Assembly (NCBI GenBank): GCA_025935545.1
Contig: JAICVB010000001.1
Span: 1 to 38,585 of the forward strand
Direction of reading: 5' to 3'
Origin: Gemmatimonadales bacterium
GTDB lineage: Bacteria > Gemmatimonadota > Gemmatimonadetes > Gemmatimonadales > GWC2-71-9
DNA: 38,585 nt
The position numbers were made by a program, and so were the translations under genes. Each line of letters starts with the position of its first letter. The first letter of the stretch is position 1. This document shows, in pieces, positions 9,273 through 18,027 of the stretch. Under the pieces are notes generated by a model that was not told the DNA's origin, searched no databases, and worked only from the letters and a program-made list of their open reading frames with translations.

Positions 9273-10657
9273 GCCATCCGTACGCCGCCCCCTCCGATTC
9301 CGTCCTCGACACCATCGGGCGGACGCCGCTCATCCGGCTCTCGCGGGTGGCGGCCGGCATCCGCACGCCGGTCTACGGCAAGGCGGAGTACGCCAATCCC
9401 GGCGGATCGGTGAAGGACCGGATCGGGCTCGCCATCATCGAGGACGCAGAGCGCCGCGGCGAGCTCAAGCCCGGCGGCACGATCGTGGAGGGCACCAGCG
9501 GCAACACCGGCGTGGGCCTCGCGATCGCGGCGGCGCTCAAGGGCTACCGCTGCATCTTCACGATGCCGGACAAGATGTCCCAGGAGAAGGTGCGCCTCCT
9601 CAAGGCCTACGGCGCCGAAGTCGTGATCACCCCCACCGCCGTCCCGCCGACCCACCCCGACAACTACGTCATGAAGGCCAAGCAGATCGTGCACGACACG
9701 CCCGGCGCCATCCTGGCCAACCAGTTCTACAACCCGGTGAACCCCGAGGCGCACTATCGCACCACCGGGCCCGAGATCTGGGAGCAGACCGGCGGGCGCG
9801 TGACCCACCTGGTCGCGGGCGCGGGGACCGGCGGCACGGTGAGCGGCGCCGGCCGCTACCTCAAGGAACGGAATCCGGCCATTCGCGTGATCGCGGGGGA
9901 CCCCGTCGGCTCGCTCTACACCGGCTACGCCGCGACCCACGAGATGGGCGACGGCCACCCGTACAAGGTCGAGGGCATCGGCGGCGACAAGATCCCCACC
10001 ACCATCTGGTTCGACTGCATCGACGAGTGGCGCCAGCTGGGGGACAAGGCCGCGATGGCGATGGCGCGGCGCGTTTCCCGCGAGGAGGGAATCCTGGTCG
10101 GCGGCTCCGCCGGCCTCAACGTGCACCTCGCCCTCGACGTGGCGCGCGAGGTGGATGATCCCGCCGCCTGTGTCGTCACCATTCTCTGCGACACCGGCGA
10201 GCGCTATCTCTCGAAGGTGTTCAACGACGAGTGGATGCAGGAGAACCAGCTGCTCGACAAGCCGCAGCTCACCGTCGGGGACCTGCTGGAGCAGCGCCAG
10301 GGCGAGGCGCCCGCGCTCGTGAGCGTGGCGCCGTCCGCCGCGGTGCGCCAGGCGCTCAACCTCATGAGCACCTGGAGCGTAAGCCAGATCCCGGTGGTGG
10401 AAGGCGCCGAGTGCGTCGGCGGCCTCATCGAGGGCACGCTCATGACGCGCGCCCTCGCCCAGCCGACCCTGCTCGACCGTCCGGTGCGCGAGGTGATGGA
10501 GGCCCCGTTCCCCGTGGTGGATGCCCACTTCCCGACCGACCGCCTCGCCGCCATGCTCACGCGCGAGAGCCCGGCCGCGCTGGTCCAGCGCGACGGCACG
10601 CTGGTCGGCATCGTGAGCCGCTACGACGTGCTCCAGCAGATGATCGGCACCCGCTGA
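9269..10657 (+). CDS. Cystathionine beta-synthase-like PLP-dependent enzyme with C-terminal tandem CBS domains
   Basis: Cysteine synthase/CBS fold motifs (KAEYANPGGSVKDRIG, GTSGNTGVGLA, GTGGTVSG), then a CBS-pair region (VRQALNLMSTWSVSQIPVV... GIVSRYDVLQQM). ATGA overlap with the upstream gene. Confidence 0.85.
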   Translation: MSHPYAAPSDSVLDTIGRTPLIRLSRVAAGIRTPVYGKAEYANPGGSVKDRIGLAIIEDAERRGELKPGGTIVEGTSGNTGVGLAIAAALKGYRCIFTMPDKMSQEKVRLLKAYGAEVVITPTAVPPTHPDNYVMKAKQIVHDTPGAILANQFYNPVNPEAHYRTTGPEIWEQTGGRVTHLVAGAGTGGTVSGAGRYLKERNPAIRVIAGDPVGSLYTGYAATHEMGDGHPYKVEGIGGDKIPTTIWFDCIDEWRQLGDKAAMAMARRVSREEGILVGGSAGLNVHLALDVAREVDDPAACVVTILCDTGERYLSKVFNDEWMQENQLLDKPQLTVGDLLEQRQGEAPALVSVAPSAAVRQALNLMSTWSVSQIPVVEGAECVGGLIEGTLMTRALAQPTLLDRPVREVMEAPFPVVDAHFPTDRLAAMLTRESPAALVQRDGTLVGIVSRYDVLQQMIGTR

Positions 10658-11676
10658 TGCGCGTCACCGTCCTCACCGGCGGCACCTCCTCCGAGCGCGA
10701 CGTGGCCATCGCCTCCGCGGTGCAGGTCGTGACGGCGCTCCGCTCCCGCGGCCACGACGTGGCCGTGGTGGACACCGCCGGCGGCTACATCCCCCCTGCC
10801 GCCGAAGCCGCCACGCTCTCGGGCTCCGTCGCGGCGGAGCCGCCCTCGATCGACCACCTGCAGGCCCTGGAGAAGGGGATCCTGCTGTCGGTCCTGAGCG
10901 GACTGCCCGTGGTGCGGGAAGCCGACGTCCTCTTCCTGGCGCTCCACGGGGGCCGGGGTGAGGACGGCACGCTACAGACGCTGCTCGAGATGGTGGGTGT
11001 CCCCTACACCGGCAGCGGGCGGCTGGGGAGCGCCATGGCCATGGACAAGGACATCTCCAAGCGGCTCTTCCGGGGTGCCGGGGTGGGCACGGCCGACTGG
11101 GCCATGGCCCCGATCGACGCAGCGGAGGCAGGCCGCCGCTTCGGCTGGCCGCTCGTCGTGAAACCGTCCAAGCAGGGGTCCACAGTGGGGTTGAGCGTGG
11201 TCAAGGCACCCGGCGACTTTGCGGCCGCGGTCGCGCTGGCGGCACGGTACGACGACGAGGTCATGGTCGAGGCCTTCGTCCCCGGCCGGGAGCTGACCGT
11301 GGGGATCCTGGAGGGCCAGGGCCTGGCGGTGGGGGAGATCATCCCGAGGCATGAAATTTTCGACTACGAATGCAAGTACACCCCCGGGATGTCGCAGGAG
11401 ATCTTCCCGGCTGACCTGACCCCGGCCCTCGCCAGCGAGTGCCGGCGCCTCGGCGTCCTCGCGCATGAGGCGCTCAAGCTGGGGGGCTACTCGCGGGTCG
11501 ATTTTCGCTTGACACCGGACGGGCAGTTCTTCTGTTTAGAAGTGAACACGCTGCCGGGCATGACCGCGACGAGCCTGATGCCGCAGTCGGCCGCGGCGGC
11601 GGGCATTCCATTCCCTGAGCTGTGCGAGCGCATCTGCCGTACCGCGCTCGCCGGCAGGCAAGGTGCTTCCGGGTGA
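10657..11676 (+). CDS. ddl: D-alanine--D-alanine ligase
   Basis: MRVTVLTGGTSSERDVAIASA..., LHGGRGEDGTLQTLLEMVGVPYTGSG, VVKPSKQGSTVGLS, EVNTLPGMT. ATG 10657 shares one nt with the upstream TGA (TGATG). Confidence 0.9.
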   Translation: MRVTVLTGGTSSERDVAIASAVQVVTALRSRGHDVAVVDTAGGYIPPAAEAATLSGSVAAEPPSIDHLQALEKGILLSVLSGLPVVREADVLFLALHGGRGEDGTLQTLLEMVGVPYTGSGRLGSAMAMDKDISKRLFRGAGVGTADWAMAPIDAAEAGRRFGWPLVVKPSKQGSTVGLSVVKAPGDFAAAVALAARYDDEVMVEAFVPGRELTVGILEGQGLAVGEIIPRHEIFDYECKYTPGMSQEIFPADLTPALASECRRLGVLAHEALKLGGYSRVDFRLTPDGQFFCLEVNTLPGMTATSLMPQSAAAAGIPFPELCERICRTALAGRQGASG

Positions 11677-12515
11677 GCCTGTTGCCGTACCCCCGCCTGA
11701 CCCCCTGGGTCCTGCGCCTCCTCGTGATCAACGCGGTGGTGCTGCTGCTCATGGAGACGATCTTCACGTCTCCCGAGCTCCGGCAGGCGCTCGCCTTCAC
11801 GCCGGAGCTGGCACTCGGGCGGCCCTGGACCTTCGTCTCCTACATGTTCGTGCACGGCGGCCTCGGCCACCTGCTCTTCAACTCGATCGCCCTCTTCGTC
11901 TTCGGGGCGGCGGTGGAGAGCCGGATGGGCAGCCGCCAGTTCATCCTCTATTACCTGTACTGCGGCGTCGGCGCGGCCGTCTTTGCCCTCCTCCTGCACA
12001 ACTTCATCAGCGTCGGCAGCTTCGTCGGCGCGTCGGGCGCGATCCTGGGCGTGATGGTCGCCTTCGCCGTCTTCTGGCCCGATGCCGAGCTGATGGTCTT
12101 CCCCATTCCGGTCCCGGTGCGGGCCCGGACGCTGGTGCTGGTGCTGATCGGGATCGACCTGGTCTTGTCGCTCTGGCCCAGGAACGACGGGCTGGCCCAC
12201 ATGGCGCACCTGGGCGGCGCGGTGGCGGCCTGGCTCTTCCTCCGGCTCCAGTATCTCTCGCGCCGGGCGCCGGTCGAGCCGGCCCGGCCGGCCGAGCGGG
12301 TGGTGATGGTCCAGTCGGGTGGCGCGGAAGAGCCCGAGCGGCAGGTGATCCCCACGCCGGTCCCGCGCCGGCCCCGCCCGGCGCCCGACTCCACCGGCGC
12401 CGAGCTCGACCGCGTCCTCGACAAGATCAGCGCCTCGGGCATTGCGAGCCTGACCCCCGCGGAGCGCCACTTCCTCGACGAAGTCTCCCGCCGGAAGCAG
12501 CGCGGCGTGCACTGA
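11673..12515 (+). CDS. Rhomboid family intramembrane serine protease with C-terminal helical tail
   Basis: FVHGGLGHLLFN, catalytic GASGAILG and downstream HLGG motifs, multiple TM segments. GTG 11673 overlaps the ddl stop (GTGA). Confidence 0.85.
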   Translation: MSLLPYPRLTPWVLRLLVINAVVLLLMETIFTSPELRQALAFTPELALGRPWTFVSYMFVHGGLGHLLFNSIALFVFGAAVESRMGSRQFILYYLYCGVGAAVFALLLHNFISVGSFVGASGAILGVMVAFAVFWPDAELMVFPIPVPVRARTLVLVLIGIDLVLSLWPRNDGLAHMAHLGGAVAAWLFLRLQYLSRRAPVEPARPAERVVMVQSGGAEEPERQVIPTPVPRRPRPAPDSTGAELDRVLDKISASGIASLTPAERHFLDEVSRRKQRGVH

Positions 12516-12564
12516 GCGCTCCGCGCATCTTGCGCCGCGCGCGCCGCCTCTCTTACTATGGCGC

Positions 12565-13509
12565 GTGCTGATCAACCTGCTGCCCGATTTCCTGAGCGTG
12601 CTCGACGCCGCCGACCCGGCGGACGCCTACCAGCGGTACCGCGACGCCCACCGCCCGATCCTGGATGCCTACTGGCACAACTACGTCCTCGACCCTGACA
12701 GCCCGCAGGGACAGGACGTCGTTCGCTCGGCCCTGAGCGCCGACCGGAGCGACCTCGTGGCGCTCCTCGCCTCGACCGACCTCGTGCGGATCGCCGAGGA
12801 AGCCGTCGCCCGCGCGCACGACACGCTCCGCATCGACCAGCCGACCGACTGCTACCTCATGGTCGGGATGGGCGGCGCCAACGCGGGCGAGCTGGTGGTG
12901 GGCGGCCGCGGCATCGCCTTCATCTGCGCCGAGCACTTCACGGGGCGGGTCAATCCCGAGACGTACGGCATGGGCCTCTCGCCCGACCTGATCCCGCTCT
13001 GGGTGGCCCATGAGCTGGCCCACGCCGTCCGCTACACCTCACCCTCGAGCGCGAGCGAGCTCCGCCGGCTCATCGCGGAGGCCGGCGGCTACTACGATTA
13101 CTGGCAGACCGGGAGCCGGGCCACCCTGCGCGAGCTGCTCATCAACGAGGGGCTCGCCGTGCACGCGGCGCAGGCGGTGGCGCCCGGATTCGACCCGGCC
13201 GACTATTTCGGCTACCCGCGCCGGCAGTACCACCGCCTCCGGGAGATCGAGTCGTTCGTGCGCCGCGTGAGCGAGCCCGACCTCGACCAGAGCGGACTCG
13301 GGCTCCGGCTCCGGTACCTCTCCGGGGGGATGAGCCCGTCCTCGCGGCTGATCGGCGGGCGGGTGATCCCGGAGCGCGCCGGCTACTACCTGGGGTATCG
13401 CATGGCCGAGGCACTGGTGGCCGAGCGGGGAATCGCGGCGGCGCTCAGGGCACCCGTGGAGGAGTTCCAGCTGGCTGAAGAGGCGGCGCGCGGGATCCAG
13501 ACGGCGTGA
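12565..13509 (+). CDS. Putative zinc metalloprotease (DUF2268-like), HExxH motif
   Basis: 314-aa ORF with [10 protein letters not shown] (HExxH). General resemblance to the DUF2268 'predicted Zn-dependent protease' family; no signal peptide. Confidence 0.55.
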   Translation: MLINLLPDFLSVLDAADPADAYQRYRDAHRPILDAYWHNYVLDPDSPQGQDVVRSALSADRSDLVALLASTDLVRIAEEAVARAHDTLRIDQPTDCYLMVGMGGANAGELVVGGRGIAFICAEHFTGRVNPETYGMGLSPDLIPLWVAHELAHAVRYTSPSSASELRRLIAEAGGYYDYWQTGSRATLRELLINEGLAVHAAQAVAPGFDPADYFGYPRRQYHRLREIESFVRRVSEPDLDQSGLGLRLRYLSGGMSPSSRLIGGRVIPERAGYYLGYRMAEALVAERGIAAALRAPVEEFQLAEEAARGIQTA

Positions 13510-13697
13510 GCGATCCCGTCACCACCGTCACCTGGAAGCCGTCGGGGCCCTACATCATCGAGGGGCCGGTCGTGGTCCGCAACAACGAGGGAGAGGAGCT
13601 GGTCCCGCCCCCCACCAAGATCCCGGGGCAGGTGAAGCTCTGCGGCTGCGGCCTGTCCCGGAACCGTCCCTTCTGCGACGGCAGCCACAAGCGCTGA
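13506..13697 (+). CDS. CDGSH-type iron-sulfur domain protein
   Basis: Exact CDGSH signature [16 protein letters not shown] in a 63-aa ORF. GTGA overlap with the upstream gene. Confidence 0.8.
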   Translation: MSDPVTTVTWKPSGPYIIEGPVVVRNNEGEELVPPPTKIPGQVKLCGCGLSRNRPFCDGSHKR

Positions 13698-13703
13698 CCG
13701 GCG

Positions 13704-14567
13704 CTACTCCTCGGCTTCGGTCTGGGTCTGCCCCTTTTCCTTCCGCTCCGTCACCACCTGCCCGTAATTGAGGATCGCCACCAGCAGCACCCCGCCGATG
13801 GTATTGCCGATTACCGCCGCCAGAATGAACGCGCTCATCGATCCCCACCCCGCCGACCCTGCCCAGGCACGGTAGAACGCCTCGGTGGATCCGACGATCG
13901 AGTGCTTGAACTCGAACGCCGCGATCGGCGCCGTGAGGAGCCAGATGAGCGCGAGCTGCGCCCCGGTCTGGTGCGTGGAGGCGAGCAGCCAGGTGAGGAG
14001 CGCGATGAGCCAGCCGGCGAAGATGCCGTGGTACAGCGTGAGCATGAACGGCAGCGCCGTCGTCTTGTCCGCCATCGCGAGCATCACCGGCTTGAGCCCC
14101 TCCGGGATCGCCGGCGTGCTCGCCATGAGCCATGAGAAGAGGAGCGTCCCGGCAAGGTTCCCCGCCAGGAGGAGCGCCCAGACGCGCAGCATCTTCCGCA
14201 GCGTCGTGAGGTCGCGTCGATGGAGGAGGGGGAGGACGGGCGTGAGCGTGTTCTCCGTGAAGAGCTCGCTGCGCGCCATGATGACGAACATGAATCCGAG
14301 GGGGTAGGCAGCCGCTGCCGCGGCGGGGCGGTACACCGGCGCGACCAGGCTCCCCGCATAGGCGCCGCCCAGGAAGCTGAACCCGATGGCGAGGCCGGAG
14401 GCGAAAGAGGAGATGAGGAGCGAGGCGGCGGCCCGCTCGAGCTCCTCATCCGCCTCGCTCATCACGTTGTCATGGATCTCGCCGGCCGAGAGCCTCGTGC
14501 CGGTCTCCGGCTTCTCGACGGATCCGCCCGCGCTCGCGTCACGCTTGTCCGCCGGTGCCGGTTGCAT
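13704..14567 (-). CDS. Formate/nitrite transporter (FNT) family channel
   Basis: Six-TM profile with FNT-typical segments (SELFTENTL, FEFKHSIVGS). Convergent with the CDGSH gene and divergent from xoxF. Confidence 0.8.
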   Translation of the reverse strand: MQPAPADKRDASAGGSVEKPETGTRLSAGEIHDNVMSEADEELERAAASLLISSFASGLAIGFSFLGGAYAGSLVAPVYRPAAAAAAYPLGFMFVIMARSELFTENTLTPVLPLLHRRDLTTLRKMLRVWALLLAGNLAGTLLFSWLMASTPAIPEGLKPVMLAMADKTTALPFMLTLYHGIFAGWLIALLTWLLASTHQTGAQLALIWLLTAPIAAFEFKHSIVGSTEAFYRAWAGSAGWGSMSAFILAAVIGNTIGGVLLVAILNYGQVVTERKEKGQTQTEAEE

Positions 14568-14727
14568 GGCCGATGCTACGCGAGCCGCCCGCCGCCCGAT
14601 GTGCCGGCCCTCACACGAAGACCAGGCGGCGTCCCGGAGAGCTCACGCTCGATGGCGCCCCAATGTATCGCGCATCACGGCGGCGCCCGGGTGGTCACGG
14701 TAACATCGTCGCGTCCAATCCAGCCAG

Positions 14728-16665
14728 GTGCGTTCGTGGCGCACCGGACCGATGGAGGCGTTCGTGTCGCAGAGCGTGCGTTTCTGGTGGTCGGGTCGAG
14801 CCGGCGTCGCCGCGCTCCTTGTTACCGTGGGCATCTGCGGCTGTTCGAAGGGTGGGGCGCGCGCCGAGCCGCGGCGGGCCGGCGCCGATACCGTCAGGAC
14901 GGATACCGTCACGCCGCCCGCGGCGCCCGCCCCGGGCGGCCCTCGCGCCACCATCCCAGCCGACGCCGCCGCTCCGGAGGACGGACAGTGGACCCGCCCC
15001 GCCCGGGACTACGCGTCCACCCGCTACAGCGGCCTCGACCAGATCAACACCGGGAACGTCGCCCAGCTCCGCGTGGCGGCGACCTTCTCCACCGGAGTGC
15101 TGCGGGGGCAGGAGGCGGCGCCGATCGTCGTGAACAACACGATGTACGTGATCACGCCCTTCCCCAACTTCGTCTACGCCCTCGACCTCACCCAGCCGGG
15201 CCTGCCCGTCAAGTGGACCTACAAGCCGAAGCCGATGGCGGCGGCGCAGGGCGTGGCGTGCTGCGACGTGGTGAACCGCGGCGTGGTGTACGCCGACGGC
15301 AAGATCATTCTCAACACCCTCGACAATCACACCATCGCGGTGGACGCCGAGACCGGCCGGGAGGTGTGGCGCACGAGGGTCGGCGACATCAACCTGGGCG
15401 AGTCGCTCACGATGGCGCCGCTCGTGGTGAAGGACAAGGTGCTGGTGGGGAACAGCGGCGGCGAGTTCGGGGTGCGCGGCTGGCTCACCGCCCTCGACCT
15501 CAGCACCGGCAAGCTCGCGTGGCGGGCCTACGGCACCGGTCCCGACAAGGACGTGCTGATCGGCCCGCGCTTCCATCCCTTCTACGCCAAGGACCGCGGC
15601 ACCGACCTCGGCGTCGCCACCTGGCCGGGCGACATGTGGAAGATCGGAGGCGGCGGCGCGTGGGGCTGGATCTCCTACGATCCGGCGCTCGATCTCGTCT
15701 ACTACGGCACCTCGAACCCTGGGCCCTGGAACCCGGCGCAGCGGCCCGGCGACAACAAGTGGACCATCACGCTCTTCGCCCGCGACCCCGACACCGGCGA
15801 AGCGGTGTGGGCCTACCAGATCACGCCGCACGACCTGCATGACTACGACGGCATCAACGAGAGCGTCCTGCTCGACGTCCCGTGGCACGGCCAGGTGCGC
15901 CACGTGCTGCTCCGCCCCGAGCGGAACGGCTACCTCTACATGATCGACCGCGCCACGGGCGAGGTGCTCTACGCCAACCCGTTCGGCTACATCAACTCGA
16001 CCACGGGCGTGGACCTGCGCACCGGCCGCCTGCAGTACGCGGCCGACAAGGAGCCGGAGCTGGGCAAGGTCGTGCGGGACATCTGTCCCGCGGCGCCGGG
16101 AGTGAAGGACTGGCAGCCGTCATCCTTCTCGCCGCGGACGGGATACCTCTATATCCCGCACCAGAACCTGTGCATGGATGTCGAGAGCGTCGAGGCGAGC
16201 TACGTGGCCGGCACGCCGTTCGTGGGCATGAACGTGAAGATGAAGGCGGGGCCCGGCGGCCATCGCGGCGAGCTCACCGCCTGGGATCCCGTGGGCGGGA
16301 AGCCGGTGTGGATCGTGAAGGAAGACCTGCCCGTCTGGAGCGGCACCGTCGCCACGGCGGGAGACCTCGTCTTCTACGGCACGATGGACGGCTGGTTCAA
16401 GGCGCTCGACGCGCGCACCGGGCGCGAGCTCTGGAAGTTCAAGACGGGCTCGGGCATCATCGGCCAGCCGGTCACCTATCGCGGGCCCGACGGGAAGCAG
16501 TACGTCGCCGTGCTCTCTGGCGTCGGCGGCTGGTCGGGCGGCATCGTCGCCGGCGACCTCGACGCCCGGGACTCCTCCGCCGCGCTGGGCTTCGTGAACG
16601 CGATGAAGGACCTGCCGGCCCGCAGCACGAAGGGCGGGACGCTCTATGTCTTCGCGCTTCCGTAG
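14728..16665 (+). CDS. xoxF: PQQ-dependent methanol/ethanol dehydrogenase, XoxF (lanthanide-dependent) type
   Basis: Full-length match to the type-I quinoprotein alcohol dehydrogenase pattern. Vicinal Cys pair ACCDVVNRG (15259-15264); GGGGAWGW; catalytic region HDYDGINE with the DYD signature (15841-15849); C-terminal propeller repeats. True start may be ATG 14752. Confidence 0.9.
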   Translation: MRSWRTGPMEAFVSQSVRFWWSGRAGVAALLVTVGICGCSKGGARAEPRRAGADTVRTDTVTPPAAPAPGGPRATIPADAAAPEDGQWTRPARDYASTRYSGLDQINTGNVAQLRVAATFSTGVLRGQEAAPIVVNNTMYVITPFPNFVYALDLTQPGLPVKWTYKPKPMAAAQGVACCDVVNRGVVYADGKIILNTLDNHTIAVDAETGREVWRTRVGDINLGESLTMAPLVVKDKVLVGNSGGEFGVRGWLTALDLSTGKLAWRAYGTGPDKDVLIGPRFHPFYAKDRGTDLGVATWPGDMWKIGGGGAWGWISYDPALDLVYYGTSNPGPWNPAQRPGDNKWTITLFARDPDTGEAVWAYQITPHDLHDYDGINESVLLDVPWHGQVRHVLLRPERNGYLYMIDRATGEVLYANPFGYINSTTGVDLRTGRLQYAADKEPELGKVVRDICPAAPGVKDWQPSSFSPRTGYLYIPHQNLCMDVESVEASYVAGTPFVGMNVKMKAGPGGHRGELTAWDPVGGKPVWIVKEDLPVWSGTVATAGDLVFYGTMDGWFKALDARTGRELWKFKTGSGIIGQPVTYRGPDGKQYVAVLSGVGGWSGGIVAGDLDARDSSAALGFVNAMKDLPARSTKGGTLYVFALP

Positions 16666-17473
16666 GCTCGCGGCGGCCGCAGCCGCGCTGAGCCTGGCGG
16701 CCCTGGCCGCCGCGGCTCCGGCCCCTCGCGAGCTTCGCGTCTGCGCCGATCCCAACAACCTGCCGTTCACCAACCGCGCCGGGGAGGGGTTCGAGAACCG
16801 GATCGCCGAGCTGGTCGCGCGCGACCTGCACGCGCGCCTCAGCTACACCTGGTGGGCCCAGCGGCGCGGGTTCTTCCGCAACACCCTCAACGCCTCGCTC
16901 TGCGACGTCGTCATGGGCGTGCCGAGCGACTTCGAGATGGCTCGGCCCACGGAGCCGTACTACCGGTCGAGCTACGTCTTCGTCACCCGGCGAGACCGCC
17001 ATCTCGCCATCGCCTCCCTCGACGACACCGTCCTCCGCCGGCTCCGGATCGGCGTGCAGCTGATCGGCAACGACTATATGAACACGCCGCCGGCGCACGC
17101 CCTCTCGCGGCGCGGCATGGTCGCGAACGTGGTCGGGTACACCGTCTACGGCGACTACACGGAGCCGAACCCGCCGGCCCGCATCGTGGACGCGGTGGCG
17201 CGCGGCGACGTGGACGTGGCCATCGTGTGGGGACCGCTCGGCGGCTACTTCGCGAGCCGGGAGCGGGTGCCCCTGGTGGTGACGCCGGTATCGCCGGAGA
17301 TGGAGCCGCCGGGGATTCCGCTGGCCTACAGCATCTCGATGGGGGTGCGGAAGAAGGACGATGCGCTCCGGCGCGAGCTCGATCGCGTGATCGAGACACG
17401 CCGCACCGAGATCGGCCGCATCCTCGACGCCTACGGCGTGCCCCGCCGACCGCTGCCGGGAGGGAAGCCATGA
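16646..17473 (+). CDS. xoxJ: Quinoprotein dehydrogenase-associated periplasmic solute-binding protein (MxaJ/XoxJ family)
   Basis: Signal peptide, then LRVCADPNNLPFTNRAGEGFENRIAELVARDL, characteristic of MoxJ/XoxJ. Overlaps the xoxF 3' end by 20 nt. Confidence 0.75.
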   Translation: MSSRFRRLAAAAAALSLAALAAAAPAPRELRVCADPNNLPFTNRAGEGFENRIAELVARDLHARLSYTWWAQRRGFFRNTLNASLCDVVMGVPSDFEMARPTEPYYRSSYVFVTRRDRHLAIASLDDTVLRRLRIGVQLIGNDYMNTPPAHALSRRGMVANVVGYTVYGDYTEPNPPARIVDAVARGDVDVAIVWGPLGGYFASRERVPLVVTPVSPEMEPPGIPLAYSISMGVRKKDDALRRELDRVIETRRTEIGRILDAYGVPRRPLPGGKP

Positions 17474-18027
17474 TGGGACGCAAGCTCCGTGGCGCCGTCG
17501 CGCTTGCCGCCGCCCTCGCGGCGCTCGGCTGCCAGCGGGAGACGCGGCGCTTCCGCGAGTCGCCGCCGGCGGCCACCTCCGAGACCGCGGTCTCCATGAG
17601 CGAGCTCGTGCCCGGCCCCAAGACCCGGGATCTCCCGATCCGGAATCCCTACGAGCGGAACGCCTACGCGGTCTCCGAGGGCGAACGCCTCTTCAACGCC
17701 TACAACTGCAGCGGCTGCCACTCGCACGGCGGCGGCGGGATCGGTCCCGCCCTGATGGACGATCAGTGGATCTACGGGAGCGACCCTGAGAACATCTTCT
17801 CGACCATCGTCGAGGGCCGGCCCAACGGGATGCCCACCTTCCGCGGCAAGATCCCGAACTACCAGGTCTGGCAGATCGTCGCGTACGTCCGCTCGCTGAG
17901 CGGCCTGCTCCCCAAGGATATCGCGCCCGCGCGTGACGATCACATGGTGGCCGGCCCCGAGCCCCAGCGCACCGAGCCGCTCCGGCCGAAGCACGCCTTC
18001 ACGCCGGCGGCCGCGGAGCATCCCTGA
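17470..18027 (+). CDS. Membrane-anchored monohaem c-type cytochrome
   Basis: MMGRKLRGAVALAAALAALGC anchor; haem motif CSGCH followed by GPALMDDQWIYG...GRPNGMPTFRGKIP...WQIVAYVRSL (class I cytochrome c). ATGA overlap with xoxJ and TGATG junction with ctaC. Confidence 0.75.
   Translation: MMGRKLRGAVALAAALAALGCQRETRRFRESPPAATSETAVSMSELVPGPKTRDLPIRNPYERNAYAVSEGERLFNAYNCSGCHSHGGGGIGPALMDDQWIYGSDPENIFSTIVEGRPNGMPTFRGKIPNYQVWQIVAYVRSLSGLLPKDIAPARDDHMVAGPEPQRTEPLRPKHAFTPAAAEHP

Noticed and set aside
9014-10528. 504-aa minus-strand ORF antisense to the CBS-like gene
   Set aside because: No recognisable motifs and biased composition. The plus-strand PLP-enzyme frame is clearly real.
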